Part shown: positions 41,217 through 53,410 of the stretch, piece after piece | How positions within the stretch are numbered: the first letter of the stretch is position 1 | How the letters are laid out: each line of letters opens with the position of its first letter | Assembly: GCA_050942825.1 (NCBI GenBank) | Contig: JBMNOA010000001.1 | Location: 8,354 to 72,353 of the forward strand | Origin: Bacillota bacterium | Lineage (GTDB): Bacteria > Bacillota > Dehalobacteriia > UBA4068 | Direction: 5' to 3' | Length of the DNA stretch: 64,000 nucleotides | Made by a program: the position numbers and the translations under genes | Notes under the pieces: model-generated | Told to the model about the DNA's origin: nothing | Database searches by the model: none | Seen by the model: the letters and a program-made list of their open reading frames with translations, nothing else

Positions 41217-42029
41217 TCACCCCTTATTCAGTTCAACAGTTCTTGCTTTTATTATTGTGATAATTTTATCTATATTTTTTCTGGCACATTTTTCACCCAT
41301 AATGCTGCATTCCCTGACCATTCTTTTATTCAAAAAGGTGGTTGGTTTAGTGATAGGGTTAAGGATAATATCTGCATCTATTTTTTGATTGGCATAGGCC
41401 ATTATTTCCATAGAACGGGAAATGGTTTCAATCATATTTTTGGGCTCGTTATGGCCTTGATAAAGCAAATTTATACCAATAACCACATCAGCGCCTAGAT
41501 CTCTTAAAACATCACCGGGACAATTATCTAAAAGATAGCCGTCTGCCAAAAGCATATCGTCATATTTTACCGGAGTGATCACTCCGGGAACGGCAGAAGA
41601 TGCCCTAACGGCTTTGGCAATATTACCCTTTGAGAAAATAATTTTTTGCCAAGAAACCAAGTCGACAGCAATAATGCGCAAAGGCATTGGCAAATCCTCA
41701 ATGTTAGCATCTTTGGTACAAACCCTGATTAGCTCCTCATAATCATGGCAGGGCATAAAGCCCATTTTTGAAGGTCTCACTTTCATCAATTCGTCTAAAG
41801 ACACGGAGGCAAAAAGCTCTTTTATATTATTTGCACTATAACCGCAAGCATATAAGGAAGCTATAGCGGCACCAATAGAGCTTCCAGCAACCATATGGAT
41901 AGGGATTTGATATTCTTCAAGAACTTTTAATATACCGACATGAGCCGCTCCTTTGATACCGCCGGCGCCAAAGGCCACACCAATTTTTGGTAAAATGCTG
42001 TCTCTTTGCTCTCTTATTGATGCAGGCAT
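41217..42029 (-). CDS. Patatin-like phospholipase
   Basis: GAGGIKG, GSSIG, DGY motifs. Confidence 0.9.
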   Translation of the reverse strand: MPASIREQRDSILPKIGVAFGAGGIKGAAHVGILKVLEEYQIPIHMVAGSSIGAAIASLYACGYSANNIKELFASVSLDELMKVRPSKMGFMPCHDYEELIRVCTKDANIEDLPMPLRIIAVDLVSWQKIIFSKGNIAKAVRASSAVPGVITPVKYDDMLLADGYLLDNCPGDVLRDLGADVVIGINLLYQGHNEPKNMIETISRSMEIMAYANQKIDADIILNPITKPTTFLNKRMVRECSIMGEKCARKNIDKIITIIKARTVELNKG

Positions 42030-42139
42030 ATATAATCATCCCTTTTTGCAGCTTTATATTATGAATCAAATGCCTGCCTTTGGTGGGCAGGCATTTACTT
42101 ATCTAAGATATTTTAACCTAACAAGATCTTTTCTAGTGA

Positions 42140-43315
42140 TTAAAAAATAACTTCCTTTAATACTTTTTTCATTCTTGCTATAGCTTCTTTCATTCTATCT
42201 TCATTAACAGTCAAGGTGGCTCTAAAGTATCCTTCTCCGCCCGCACCGTAACCATTACCCGGCGTAATAATAACACCGGCTTTTTCTAAAATGAATTCTG
42301 CAAAAGAAGCTGAGGTATAACCTTTGGGCACAGGAGCCCATACATAAAAAGTGGCTTTGGGCATTGGCAAATTCCAGCCCATATCATTAAGACCGCCTAC
42401 CAAGATATCCCGGCGTGCCGCATACATCTTTTTCAGACTTTCCACAGTATCATATGAATTATTCAAGCCGGCAATACCTGCATATTGCACAGCCTGAAAG
42501 GCGCCGGAATCAACATTCGATTTGTAGCGGGCCAAAGCAGCAACAGCTTTAGCATTACCGGCTACCCAGGCAATACGCCAACCCGTCATATTAAAAGGTT
42601 TAGAGCAGGAATTAAACTCTATAGCCACATCTTTGGCTCCGGGAAGTTGTAAAATGCTGGGAGCAACATAGTCATCATAGGTCATCTCACTATAAGCGTT
42701 ATCAAAGCAGATAAGAATATCGTGTTCTTTGGCAAAAGCCAGAGCCTCTTCCAAAAAGGATATATCGGCAATAGCCCCGGTAGGATTATTAGGATAATTG
42801 AGCCAGAGTATCTTAGCCCTATTAAGTATATCAGAGGGAATAGCCTTTAGGTCAGGCAAAAAGCCATTTTGGGGATCTAACGGCATATAATAAGGTTCAC
42901 CACCGGCCAGCATGGCAGCAGTACTGTAAACAGGATAAGCCGGATCAGGAACTAAGACAACATCGCCGGGATCCACATAACAATAATGGATATTGGCTAT
43001 ACCTTCTTTGGAACCGATCAAAGAGCATATCTCCGTTTTTGGGTCCAAATCCACTTCAAAACGCCTTTTATACCAATCCGCCACTGCCTGACGGTAAGAC
43101 ATCATTCCGGCGGAAGACGGATACTGATGATTTTCGGTATTGGATAATTCTTTGATCATGGCATCAATAATAAATTGCGGCGTAGGGCTATCAGGATCCC
43201 CTATACCCAAGCTGATAATATCAACACCAGCTTCTTTAGCCTCAGCAATTTTTTGCTCGATACGAGCAAATAAATAAGGGGGGATTTTGTGCATTCTTTT
43301 AGCTTCAGCTTTCAT
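42140..43315 (-). CDS. dapL: LL-diaminopimelate aminotransferase
   Basis: Class I aminotransferase ([25 protein letters not shown]) adjacent to dapF. Confidence 0.88.
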   Translation of the reverse strand: MKAEAKRMHKIPPYLFARIEQKIAEAKEAGVDIISLGIGDPDSPTPQFIIDAMIKELSNTENHQYPSSAGMMSYRQAVADWYKRRFEVDLDPKTEICSLIGSKEGIANIHYCYVDPGDVVLVPDPAYPVYSTAAMLAGGEPYYMPLDPQNGFLPDLKAIPSDILNRAKILWLNYPNNPTGAIADISFLEEALAFAKEHDILICFDNAYSEMTYDDYVAPSILQLPGAKDVAIEFNSCSKPFNMTGWRIAWVAGNAKAVAALARYKSNVDSGAFQAVQYAGIAGLNNSYDTVESLKKMYAARRDILVGGLNDMGWNLPMPKATFYVWAPVPKGYTSASFAEFILEKAGVIITPGNGYGAGGEGYFRATLTVNEDRMKEAIARMKKVLKEVIF

Positions 43316-43362
43316 AAAAACCTCCTAGATATTAAATATTTTATGTCTTTAAATTTATTATG

Positions 43363-44196
43363 TTACAAAATTATATTTCCCTCAAAGACTGTAGCTGCCG
43401 GACCAATCATGGTAATATGATCGTCTTGGTGCCAATTGATAATTAGCGAACCATGGGCCAAAATAACCTCCACATCTTGCTCTTTTTGGCAATAACCGTT
43501 CAAAATAGCAGCTACTGCAGCGGCGCAAGCCCCTGTACCACAGGCCAAAGTCTCACCACAACCTCTTTCCCAAACTCGCATGCGGATTTTGTTATTCCCT
43601 AAAGGTTGTACAAATTCAACATTAGTCTTGCAGGGAAAAAGACTGTGGGTCTCTATGTCGGGACCTAAAGTAGTAACGGGATAATTAGCTACATCATCTA
43701 CAAACAACACACAATGGGGATTACCCATTGATACCAATGTCAGATTATATGTTTTATGACCGACAATAATCGGTGCGTTAACCATTAAAGGTCCAGAAAA
43801 ATTGGCCGGGATATCTTTGGTCGCTAGCTTGGGTTGACCCATATCAACTTTTACTAAATTAGCGGCTTCATCCACTATCTGGGCTTTTACAAGACCGGCC
43901 AAAGTAGAAAAAGGCACGATACTTTTATCGCTGATACCTTCCCTTTTAGCAAAAATAGCCGCACAACGAATCCCATTACCACACATTTCGGCACGGCTAC
44001 CATCGGCATTGTAAATATCAAAACAGGCATCGGCCTCATCGGAAGGGCCAATAATAATTAAACCATCGGCACCTATACCCAGCTGACGATGGCAAAGAGC
44101 TGCAGCTAATGTTGATAAATCAGAAGGCAGATGCTCCTTGAATCCATTAACCATAATAAAATCATTGCCCAGACCATGCATTTTTACAAAACGCAT
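43363..44196 (-). CDS. dapF: Diaminopimelate epimerase
   Basis: KMHGLGNDF, MCGNGIRC, ERGCGETLACGTG. Confidence 0.97.
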   Translation of the reverse strand: MRFVKMHGLGNDFIMVNGFKEHLPSDLSTLAAALCHRQLGIGADGLIIIGPSDEADACFDIYNADGSRAEMCGNGIRCAAIFAKREGISDKSIVPFSTLAGLVKAQIVDEAANLVKVDMGQPKLATKDIPANFSGPLMVNAPIIVGHKTYNLTLVSMGNPHCVLFVDDVANYPVTTLGPDIETHSLFPCKTNVEFVQPLGNNKIRMRVWERGCGETLACGTGACAAAVAAILNGYCQKEQDVEVILAHGSLIINWHQDDHITMIGPAATVFEGNIIL

Positions 44197-44318
44197 ATCG
44201 ACACCCCTTTTCCGGGTTTTTCTTATATTTATATAATACCATAACCTTCTAATATTCTTCAAGTTATAGTATTTAATAAGAAGTCCAACCTAATCAGGCA
44301 GGACTTCCTTATTAAATA

Positions 44319-45644
44319 TTAAAATTTAGTCAGGTAATGTTCGATCTCCCAGGGAGTCACCATCACCTTATAATCATTCCATTCCATTTGCTTGGCCGCG
44401 ATAAAGCGATTTAATATATGCTCGCCTAAAATCTCTTTCATTAATATGCTGGATTGCAAATATTGTAAAGCCTCGTTGAGATCGCCCGGTAATAGTTGAA
44501 CTTGATACTCCTCTCTTTGGATTTTGGTCAGATTATAAATATTGAATTCCAAAGGATCAGGGGGCATGATTTTATTTTTTATTCCATCAAGACCGGCCTT
44601 GAGCATCACGGCAATCGCTAAATAAGGATTACAGGAAGGATCGGGAGAGCGTAATTCCATACGCGTAGATGCACCCCTTTTAGCGGGAACTCTGACCAAA
44701 GGAGAGCGGTTTTGCTCTGCCCAGGCTATATAAACAGGAGCTTCATAACCGGATACCAAACGCTTATATGAATTTACCGTAGGATTAGTGATGGCTGTAT
44801 AAGAACGGGCATGGCGCAACAAACCACCAAGATAATAATAAGCGTCCTGAGAAAGCTGCTTTTTGCCATTGGGATCATAAAAGGCATTTTTGCCATTTTT
44901 GAAAAGAGACTGATTAACATGCATACCGGAACCAGGTATACCAAAAATTGGTTTGGGCATAAAAGTTGCATGCAGATTATGACGTTGGGCCACTACACGC
45001 ACAACATATTTAAAAGTTTGCACATTATCTGCGGTTGTCAGAGCATCGGCATACTTAAAATCAATCTCATGTTGACCGGGGGCACACTCATGATGGGATG
45101 CTTCTATCTCATAGCCCATATTCTCTAAAGCCAGCACCATATCACGACGAGCATCTTCACCTAAATCCACGGGAGTCAGATCAAAATAACCGGCTTTGTC
45201 CTGTGTTTGCAAAGTCGGGTGTCCTTCACTATCTCTATGAAAAAGAAAGAATTCGGCCTCGGGGCCCACATTCATTGAATAGCCCATTTCAGCCGCTTCA
45301 GCTAATACTTTGCGTAATATATACCGAGGATCACCTGAAAAAGGCTCATTACGGGAATCGTAAACATCACAGATGAGTCGGGCAGTAATGGCTTCTCCCT
45401 GATCCCAAGGTAAAATGCACCAACTGGAAAAATCAGGTTTCAGATACATGTCACTTTCTTCTATACGGACAAAGCCATCGATCGACGATCCATCAAACAT
45501 CATTTCACCGTCTAGCGCTTTGCTTAATTGCTGTACGGTAATGGCAACATTTTTCAATACGCCGAAAATATCAGTAAATTGCAATCGTACAAAGCGTACA
45601 TTATGCTCTTTGGCCAAGGCAAAAATATCCTCTTTGGTATACAT
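44319..45644 (-). CDS. glnA: Glutamine synthetase type I
   Basis: [38 protein letters not shown]. Confidence 0.98.
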   Translation of the reverse strand: MYTKEDIFALAKEHNVRFVRLQFTDIFGVLKNVAITVQQLSKALDGEMMFDGSSIDGFVRIEESDMYLKPDFSSWCILPWDQGEAITARLICDVYDSRNEPFSGDPRYILRKVLAEAAEMGYSMNVGPEAEFFLFHRDSEGHPTLQTQDKAGYFDLTPVDLGEDARRDMVLALENMGYEIEASHHECAPGQHEIDFKYADALTTADNVQTFKYVVRVVAQRHNLHATFMPKPIFGIPGSGMHVNQSLFKNGKNAFYDPNGKKQLSQDAYYYLGGLLRHARSYTAITNPTVNSYKRLVSGYEAPVYIAWAEQNRSPLVRVPAKRGASTRMELRSPDPSCNPYLAIAVMLKAGLDGIKNKIMPPDPLEFNIYNLTKIQREEYQVQLLPGDLNEALQYLQSSILMKEILGEHILNRFIAAKQMEWNDYKVMVTPWEIEHYLTKF

Positions 45645-45694
45645 TAATAATCCTCCATAACCAACTATTTATTCAAAACTATTAATAAATATAT

Positions 45695-45723
45695 ATTATA
45701 TCCGTCTGCTCCTCTTATGTCAA
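45695..45723 (-). promoter_or_regulatory. sigmaA promoter of glnA
   Basis: Perfect TTGACA-17 nt-TATAAT. Confidence 0.85.
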
Positions 45724-48393
45724 TTAATTTATCATCAAGCGCAATGATGATCCTCTATCATCGCCAGCGGGCACAGCCTCCAGATAACGTGGCAGGCGAT
45801 TCTTAATCTCCTGCACATGGCTGATAATACCTACCTGCCTCTTCCCTGCCGGCAAAAGTTCCAATGCCACCATGACCATCTCCAGCTTTTGTGGATCTAA
45901 GGTGCCAAAACCCTCATCAAGAAAGAAAAACTCCAGAGGTGCGCCTTGCATTTGTATTCTGGCCGAAAGTGAGAGTGCCAAAGATAAAGAAACCAAAAAT
46001 ATTTCCCCGCCGGATAGTGTCGAGACGGGCCGCCGGCCACCGCCATTATAATTATCTACCATTATAAAATCATTGTTTTTACCATCATCAAAGATTTCTA
46101 ACAGATAACGATGGTTGCTCAATTGCGCCAAAATAGCGGAGGCAGCTATTAACAATTGTTGCAAATGCTCTTTGGCCAGAAAATTGACAAAGGCTCTGCC
46201 TTGAAACAGCTTGGTCAGCCGCTTAGCAAGCTGTTCTTTTTTACTTAATGCAGCAACCTCCGCATGCAATTTATGCCATAGCTCTCGATGATCCATGAGT
46301 TTTTGCCAAGAGTCTTCCAGTATGGAAACTTGCGCAAAAAGCTGCTGCAAATCTTTTTCGGCTTCCTCAACAGCTTTTTGGGTATCATGAAATTTCTCAT
46401 CACTATAAGAGGATTTATTCAATTCCTGAGATAGATCTTTGATGCGGGAATTCTTTTCTTTGATGTCATCATTATATTCGGCCAGCTCTTTTTCATATGT
46501 TTGCCTTTGCTCGTCTGCCAGCAAAGCCTGCTTGGCTTCTTGGGCGCTAGCGAAACCTTGTTGAGCTATCTTGCTCAACAACTGCCCTTTTAATTCTGCC
46601 AGACGTCTGCAACTATCATCATAAAGGCTTTGTGTTTTCAAGAAGGCATCTTTAGCCTTTCTCAGCAACAACTCCTGCCGTTTTTGTTCCTTTTGCGATT
46701 CTTCCTCGGCTTTTTCCCACAGGTCCAAGCGATCTTGCAAAAGAGTCTTTTGCTTGGCTATGCTTTGCCCTTGGGCGGCGGATGCTAATTTACTGACCAG
46801 CTCTTGTTGACGTTTTTTATGCTCATCTAAAATAACTGACACAGACTGTATTTCCTGCTGTATTTTGGCTAATTCAGAATTATTGGACAATAGATCATGA
46901 TGTAGCTTTTTAATGGCTAAGCTTTTTTCGTAAAGTTTTTGCTGGGTTTGCCGCCATTGACTTTGTAATTCTTGAACAACTTTTTTCTTCATCTCCAGCT
47001 TACTGCTATCTATATCCGCTACTTGTGGCTGTGGATGCGTAAGAGAGCCGCAAACCGGGCAGGGCTGATTTTCTTCTAGAGTGCCGGCTAAAAAGGCCGC
47101 CATTTCCGCTTTTTGTTGCTTTCGCCAGGCTTCATCAGCTTGTTGCCACTTTACATATAAATCATCTTTTTGCCGGGACAAGCGGCCTTCCTCTTGTTCC
47201 TCCTTAGCGATCAAATCAAGTAAAATCTCCTGCTTGTGGATCAAATCATTTTCCTGACTTTTAAGCGGCTGCAGAGATTCCTCTTCTGTTTTTATCTGCT
47301 TTGAAAGTATCAGGCAAACTTTTTCCTGTTCCATTAATTGAGACAAATTTTCAATCGCTGCCAAAACATCTTTGCGGTTGTTTTTGAGATTTTGTTGTGC
47401 CTCAAGTAAATTTTGGCTGGCTGAGCGGGTAGCTGCTTCGGCCTCTTTTACTGCCTCTTGCAATGACTCCAACTCTTTGGACCGAGTATTGGTTTGCGCT
47501 ACCAGGTTTACTGTTTCTTCTATCAAAGGGCGTAATAACTCCGCTTTTTGAGCTTTGATAACTTTTATTTCTATATTACGCTTCTGTGCTTTTTGCGCTA
47601 ACAATTCTTGCAAAGAACTTTGCAACTGCTGTAATTGCCGGGATTTTTCGGCCAGAAGATGCAGTTTCTGCAACTCTTGTTTGAGTATTTCTAAGGTTCT
47701 TTCTTTTAATGCCAGCTGCTCTTTTTTGGCATCTATTTCTATTTTTAAGCCTGCTATTTTATCCTCCGAGCAATCTTCCATCATCTCTAGACGGCTTTGA
47801 GCCAGAGCTTTTTGCTCGCTATATTGGGCCAGCAGGTTACGGGCCTTGCGGCTGAGATTTTCTCCATATTCATTGAGATGGAATAATTGTTCCAAAAAAT
47901 TGGCCCTCTCGCTTGGTTCTAAACGTAAAAAAGCATCAAATTTACCTTGAGGCAAAATAACGGCTTGAGAAAAACGCTCAAAATTCATCCCCAAAAGCTG
48001 TTCTATTTTCTCATTGACTTCTCTGGCCTGCTCCGCTAAAACAGTATCATCATCCAGGCAATATAAACGACAGCTTTTGGTCTTGCTGGAAAAAGGCTTG
48101 TCCTTTTCTCTTTCTAAAACCCTTTGTATTCGATATTTCTTAGCCGCCAAAACAAAAGTAAAATCGACTGTACATTGGTTTTCCGATAAATTAATAATAC
48201 CCTGCGCTTTATTTCTGGCTCGGTCAACCTTTCCGTAAAGAGCCAAGGCAATAGCATCGAGCACGCTGGATTTCCCGGCTCCGGTCGGCCCAAATATGCC
48301 AAAAATACCTGTATTCGTCAACTGATCGAAATCAATGGTTTGCTTTTCGCGATAGCTATTTAATCCGGAAAAAGCTAAAGACAAAGGTCTCAT
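45724..48393 (-). CDS. sbcC: SbcC (Rad50-like) exonuclease subunit
   Basis: GPTGAGKS, zinc hook CPVCG, LSGGE, LDEGFGTLD. Confidence 0.95.
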   Translation of the reverse strand: MRPLSLAFSGLNSYREKQTIDFDQLTNTGIFGIFGPTGAGKSSVLDAIALALYGKVDRARNKAQGIINLSENQCTVDFTFVLAAKKYRIQRVLEREKDKPFSSKTKSCRLYCLDDDTVLAEQAREVNEKIEQLLGMNFERFSQAVILPQGKFDAFLRLEPSERANFLEQLFHLNEYGENLSRKARNLLAQYSEQKALAQSRLEMMEDCSEDKIAGLKIEIDAKKEQLALKERTLEILKQELQKLHLLAEKSRQLQQLQSSLQELLAQKAQKRNIEIKVIKAQKAELLRPLIEETVNLVAQTNTRSKELESLQEAVKEAEAATRSASQNLLEAQQNLKNNRKDVLAAIENLSQLMEQEKVCLILSKQIKTEEESLQPLKSQENDLIHKQEILLDLIAKEEQEEGRLSRQKDDLYVKWQQADEAWRKQQKAEMAAFLAGTLEENQPCPVCGSLTHPQPQVADIDSSKLEMKKKVVQELQSQWRQTQQKLYEKSLAIKKLHHDLLSNNSELAKIQQEIQSVSVILDEHKKRQQELVSKLASAAQGQSIAKQKTLLQDRLDLWEKAEEESQKEQKRQELLLRKAKDAFLKTQSLYDDSCRRLAELKGQLLSKIAQQGFASAQEAKQALLADEQRQTYEKELAEYNDDIKEKNSRIKDLSQELNKSSYSDEKFHDTQKAVEEAEKDLQQLFAQVSILEDSWQKLMDHRELWHKLHAEVAALSKKEQLAKRLTKLFQGRAFVNFLAKEHLQQLLIAASAILAQLSNHRYLLEIFDDGKNNDFIMVDNYNGGGRRPVSTLSGGEIFLVSLSLALSLSARIQMQGAPLEFFFLDEGFGTLDPQKLEMVMVALELLPAGKRQVGIISHVQEIKNRLPRYLEAVPAGDDRGSSLRLMIN

Positions 48394-49643
48394 ATTTGCT
48401 CCTCCTCATCTGACAAAAGGTCCATAAACATCGCTATTAATTCCGGCTCCGGCTCTACACCCTCTTTAATGGCGGCAAATATACGAAACTTTTCTTCTAT
48501 AGATAAATCCTCTAGCTTAAAAGGCTTTTGCTCCTGACATAATTGCGGAAAGATGGGCAAGATATCTAAAATACGCGGATGAGCTTTGCGCAATCTGGAG
48601 ATATCATCCATAGACAAAGGTTTATCTGTCTTGATGGCAAGACTGACCCATAGCTGATGGTTATTTTCGTCGCTGCACCAAGCTAAAGCCTCGTCATAGT
48701 TCTGAGCCTCGAATTTATGAAGGGCATAGCCGCTTGTAAGCGCTACACGCTTGACCTGAGCAGGCTGTCCGGCCTCTAGATCAGCAATGACAACACTCTT
48801 GCTTTGCCCGGCCTCGCTAAAACTATAAGCCAAAGGGGAACCGGCATAATAACAAGTGGGCTGCTGTCCGACACTTTGCGGCCTATGTAAATGACCCAAA
48901 GCTATATATTGTGCCTGACAAGGGAAAATTTGCGGGCTGATACCAAAACTTCCGCCTATCATAACGGCCTCAGCATTTTCATCATCATTTACTAAAGAAA
49001 TACCTAAGGGCCTTTCTGATTGGCTGGTTTGCCCGCCGCACAGACTCAGGTGTGCCATAATTATATTGATATGAGAAAATTGCCTGCTGCCTTTTTCCAG
49101 CAATTGCTGTAAACGTTGCTGATAGTCAGATTTTTGCGCCTGATCATCACTGATATCATGTAAGAAGATCTCATTCAGCCTGGCCTCGGAAATATAAGGC
49201 AATGCCAAAACAGCCACTTCCTCACCTGTTTTAGGTAATCTGATGCGCAAACAGTTATCTTGATAGCTGATAAAATATGGGTTTTCTTGTATGATATGAT
49301 CGCTGAGATCTTCTCCCGGCTGCCCAATAAGGTAGATGTTTTGCGTAAGAGCCAACGGACCGGCTGCCGATAATCGCTGTGGCTGATCGTGATTGCCCGC
49401 TGAAACAATCACCGGCCTTAGTCCTTTTGCAGAAATTTTATGTAAGAATACAAAAAAAAGCTCCTGAGCTTGGGCCGAGGGATTATAGGTATCAAAAATA
49501 TCACCGGAGATCAGAACAAGATCAGTATCTTCCTTCTCAGCTATATCGGTGATTTCATCTAAAACCTGCTGTTGTTCATCATAACGTTGCCGGCCTTCCA
49601 GTAATTTACCCAAATGCAAATCAGCCGTATGGAGCAAGCGCAT
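48390..49643 (-). CDS. sbcD: SbcD (Mre11-like) nuclease subunit
   Basis: HTADLHLG, GDIFD, GNHD, ALGHLH. Confidence 0.95.
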   Translation of the reverse strand: MRLLHTADLHLGKLLEGRQRYDEQQQVLDEITDIAEKEDTDLVLISGDIFDTYNPSAQAQELFFVFLHKISAKGLRPVIVSAGNHDQPQRLSAAGPLALTQNIYLIGQPGEDLSDHIIQENPYFISYQDNCLRIRLPKTGEEVAVLALPYISEARLNEIFLHDISDDQAQKSDYQQRLQQLLEKGSRQFSHINIIMAHLSLCGGQTSQSERPLGISLVNDDENAEAVMIGGSFGISPQIFPCQAQYIALGHLHRPQSVGQQPTCYYAGSPLAYSFSEAGQSKSVVIADLEAGQPAQVKRVALTSGYALHKFEAQNYDEALAWCSDENNHQLWVSLAIKTDKPLSMDDISRLRKAHPRILDILPIFPQLCQEQKPFKLEDLSIEEKFRIFAAIKEGVEPEPELIAMFMDLLSDEEEQI

Positions 49644-49822
49644 ATGCCAAAATCCTTTCTATTACAACATATTTATTGTAATTCGTAACTAATTATAGTT
49701 ATTCCTTCTTCTCTTTTTTGTCACAATCGGAAATATTTATAGATAAACATTGACTAATAGGTATAAAAAGATATAAAATCTAAAGATAATAATAAATCAT
49801 GGTTTTTATTGGAGGTTATCCT

Positions 49823-51505
49823 ATGAGGGATTTAGAAAATTTGCCCAACAGGCACTTCATAAATACAATTATTAATGACGATCTCAAAACAGGCAAATAC
49901 GGTGGTGTGGTCCATACCCGTTTTCCGCCTGAACCAAACGGTTATCTGCATATTGGACATGCCAAGTCTATCTGCCTTAATTTTGGTATTGCCAAAGAAT
50001 ATGACGGGCTTTGCAACCTACGTTTCGACGATACCAATCCCTCTAAAGAAGAAGAAGAATTTATCCTTTCTATCCAAAGAGATGTTCGTTGGTTGGGATT
50101 TGATTGGCAGGACAGGCTTTTTTTTGCATCTGATTATTTTGAACAACTTTACCAATATGCCTGTGATCTGATCAAGAAAAACAAAGCTTATGTCTGCGAT
50201 CTTTCCCAGGAAGAAATACGCCGATATCGCGGCACGCCTACGGAGGCGGGTATACTCAGCCCCTATGCCAGCCGTTCTGTGGAAAAAAATTTGCAGCTTT
50301 TTGCTGATATGAGGGCAGGCAAATTTGAGGATGGTTCGAGGGTTCTCAGGGCCAGGATAGATATGGCCTCACCTAATTTCAATATGAGAGACCCCGTATT
50401 ATACCGTATTCAAAGATCATATCATCAACGCACAGGAAATGATTGGTGCATATATCCTATGTATGATTATGCCCATCCTATTTCTGATGCTTTGGAAGGT
50501 ATAACCCACTCCATTTGTACTCTGGAATTTGAAAATCATCGCCCGCTTTATGACTGGGTTTTAGCTAATTTAGATGTACCATGCAAAAGCCAACAGATAG
50601 AATTTGCCAGGCTCAATATCACACATACTGTTATGTCCAAACGCAAACTACGCCGTCTGGTAGAAGAAAATTATGTCAGCGGTTGGGATGATCCCCGTAT
50701 GCCGACTTTGGCAGGATTACGGCGCCGAGGTTACACACCGCAATCTATCCGCAATTTCTGCGAAATGATCGGAGTATCTAAAGCCAACAGCACAGTAGAG
50801 ATACAAATGCTGGAACATTGTCTGAGGGAAGATCTCAATATTAATGCTAATCGTGCCATGGCAGTTTTGGAACCGTTGAAAGTTATTTTGACTAATTATC
50901 CAGCGGAAAAAACAGAAATGCTACCGGCGGAAAATAATCCCGAAAAACCGGAAGCCGGAAGCCGCCTGCTGCCTTTTAGCAATGAAATTTTTATAGAGGC
51001 CAGTGACTTTATGGAGGAACCTGTAAAAGGATTTAAGCGCCTGGTACCCGGCGGTGAAGTCCGCCTTAAATATGCTTATATCATCAAATGCGAGGAAGTG
51101 GTCAAAGATGATAACGGTCATATCATAGAATTGCGTTGCACCTATGATCCAAACAGCAAAAGCGGCAGCGATACTTCCGGCAAAAAAGTCAAAGGCACTA
51201 TCCACTGGGTAGAAGCAACAACGGCCGTTCCTGCCGAGATCAGACTTTATAACCACCTTTTTACTAAAGAAAACCCTGATGATTTAGAAGAAGGAGAGGA
51301 TTTTACCGATTATATCAATGATCAATCTCTGACCATTAAGAAAGACGCTGTAGTAGAATTATCTATTATAGAATCCCCTCCCGGAACTTCATATCAATTC
51401 CTGCGCCAAGGATATTTTGTAGCTGATAAAGATACCAGCAGTCACTTACCAATATTCAATTTAACAGTACCCCTTAAAGACAGTTGGGCTAAAAAACAAA
51501 AATAA
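49823..51505 (+). CDS. glnS: Glutamine--tRNA ligase
   Basis: [29 protein letters not shown]. Confidence 0.97.
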   Translation: MRDLENLPNRHFINTIINDDLKTGKYGGVVHTRFPPEPNGYLHIGHAKSICLNFGIAKEYDGLCNLRFDDTNPSKEEEEFILSIQRDVRWLGFDWQDRLFFASDYFEQLYQYACDLIKKNKAYVCDLSQEEIRRYRGTPTEAGILSPYASRSVEKNLQLFADMRAGKFEDGSRVLRARIDMASPNFNMRDPVLYRIQRSYHQRTGNDWCIYPMYDYAHPISDALEGITHSICTLEFENHRPLYDWVLANLDVPCKSQQIEFARLNITHTVMSKRKLRRLVEENYVSGWDDPRMPTLAGLRRRGYTPQSIRNFCEMIGVSKANSTVEIQMLEHCLREDLNINANRAMAVLEPLKVILTNYPAEKTEMLPAENNPEKPEAGSRLLPFSNEIFIEASDFMEEPVKGFKRLVPGGEVRLKYAYIIKCEEVVKDDNGHIIELRCTYDPNSKSGSDTSGKKVKGTIHWVEATTAVPAEIRLYNHLFTKENPDDLEEGEDFTDYINDQSLTIKKDAVVELSIIESPPGTSYQFLRQGYFVADKDTSSHLPIFNLTVPLKDSWAKKQK

Positions 51506-51673
51506 CCACTAAAATTTTCAAAGACCATCTCCGGGGCATCATTTGATATCTCACAAATGTTAAATTGATGGTTACCGGCCAGGTTAAATATGGGACATAT
51601 TACAAATAATGAAGCATACTATAATATATAGTTATAGTATGCTTTACTTATCTTAAATAATTTTTGATCAAAC

Positions 51674-53053
51674 CTACTTGACTACATGTATCGGGTTGCC
51701 TTCCGCCAGATGGGCCGCTTCCATTAGGGATTCCACAACACTGGGGTGAGGATGAATAGTATTGGCAATAGCAGACACCGACAAATTTTGACTCATAGCC
51801 AGAGCAGCCTCACCAATCATATCCGAGGCATGAGGACCTAAAATATGGATACCCAGTATTTTGCCATCGGCAGCAGAAATAATTTTGATCAAACCCTCGC
51901 TTTCTCCCATCAAGACCGCCTTGCCACAGGCGGCAAGAGGAAATACCGAGGACTGATAGGCCAATCCTTGCTCTTTGGCCTGATCTTCATTGAGACCGAC
52001 TGAGGCAATCTCGGGATTGCTGTAAATACAAGCAGGGATAATATGCAAGTTACCCTCCGCTTTAGCACCACAGAGATGCTCTGCAGCTGCCAAGCCCTGC
52101 GCCGATGCTAAATGAGCTAATTGAACACCGCCCAAAACATCTCCTATGGCGGCAATATGCTTTTTATTAGTCAAAAGCTTGTCATCAACTACAATACCCT
52201 TTTTCGTATATTCAATTCCAATATTATCCAAACCAAGCCCTGCAAAATAGGGTGTACGTCCCGTAGAGGCCAGCACTATATCAGCAGCAATAGTCCTTTG
52301 CTCTCCGTTTTGGCCAATAAGATGTAAATTAGCTGCATCACCATTTGCTTCAACTCTATCAACTTTAGTTTTGCTTATGATATTAATGCCACGCTTTTGC
52401 AAAATTTTACCCAATTGAGCAGCTATTTCTCTATCGACGAAGGGCAATATACGATCGGCAATTTCTATAAGGGTCACCTGACTGCCTAAGCTTTGCCAGA
52501 TACAGGCAAATTCAATCCCCATGACTCCTGCGCCCACAATGGACATACGTTGGGGGACCTGAGTCAAAGACATTATTTGATCACTGCTAACGACTTTACC
52601 GCTGTTATCCGCAAAAGGGACTCTTTGGGGCACAGCGCCGCTGGCAATAATAAATTTTTCCCCGCTGATTCTTTCATCCCCCACAGCAATAGTATGTTCA
52701 TCAATAAAAGAAGCCGTATTTTGATAGATTTTGATATTATTTTTTCGTAATAAAAAATTGATACCATTACGTAAACGAGTAATTATATCATTTTTACGCT
52801 TCATGATTCTTGCCAAATCAAAGGTAATATTTTCCGCATAAATACCGAAATTTTGAGCATCTTTCATCATATCAAGCTTTTGTGCCGATGCGAGCAGGGA
52901 TTTTGTTGGTATACAACCCTTATTAAGGCACGTACCGCCTAACATTGATTTCTCTATCAGGACTGTCCGGGCACCTAATTGAGAGGCCCTTATAGCAGCA
53001 AAATAGCCGCCCGGACCACCGCCGATGATAATGATGTCATAATCATAGGCCAT
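51674..53053 (-). CDS. lpdA: Dihydrolipoyl dehydrogenase
   Basis: GGGPGG, GGTCLNKGCIP, HPHPSVVE. Confidence 0.93.
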   Translation of the reverse strand: MAYDYDIIIIGGGPGGYFAAIRASQLGARTVLIEKSMLGGTCLNKGCIPTKSLLASAQKLDMMKDAQNFGIYAENITFDLARIMKRKNDIITRLRNGINFLLRKNNIKIYQNTASFIDEHTIAVGDERISGEKFIIASGAVPQRVPFADNSGKVVSSDQIMSLTQVPQRMSIVGAGVMGIEFACIWQSLGSQVTLIEIADRILPFVDREIAAQLGKILQKRGINIISKTKVDRVEANGDAANLHLIGQNGEQRTIAADIVLASTGRTPYFAGLGLDNIGIEYTKKGIVVDDKLLTNKKHIAAIGDVLGGVQLAHLASAQGLAAAEHLCGAKAEGNLHIIPACIYSNPEIASVGLNEDQAKEQGLAYQSSVFPLAACGKAVLMGESEGLIKIISAADGKILGIHILGPHASDMIGEAALAMSQNLSVSAIANTIHPHPSVVESLMEAAHLAEGNPIHVVK

Positions 53054-53151
53054 AAAATTACCCCCTTGTAAATCTCTATAAATCATTTATAATAGGTTAT
53101 AAAGGAACAATTTTTTTCTTTTTTCGTCATATATTTAAGGAGGGATCAGCA

Positions 53152-53364
53152 ATGGCTGATAAAAAGTTATATAAATCAAGAGACAAAAAAATGTTCGCTG
53201 GTGTTTGTGCTGGTATCGGCAAAAGGTTTGGTATAGATCCCACCATTATTCGTATCACATGGGTTTTGCTCAGTATTTTTTGCTCTTTTGTCATAGGAGG
53301 GCTCATAGCCTATATTGTCTGTGCTTTGATTATACCGCAAGATCCGGGCTATATAGATATTTAA
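53152..53364 (+). CDS. PspC domain protein
   Basis: KKLYKSRDKKMFAGVCAGIG...IDPTIIR...AYIVCALIIP. Confidence 0.92.
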   Translation: MADKKLYKSRDKKMFAGVCAGIGKRFGIDPTIIRITWVLLSIFCSFVIGGLIAYIVCALIIPQDPGYIDI

Positions 53365-53410
53365 CAACATATCTTATTAGTAACAGCCTGCCTGAGCAGG
53401 CTGTTACTTT

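Noticed and set aside
49823-51505. GlnRS in a Firmicute as unusual
   Set aside because: GlnRS is common in Clostridia
51674-53053. Stand-alone lpdA as a sign of a novel complex
   Set aside because: Unlinked lpdA genes are common in anaerobes, and partners may lie elsewhere in the genome
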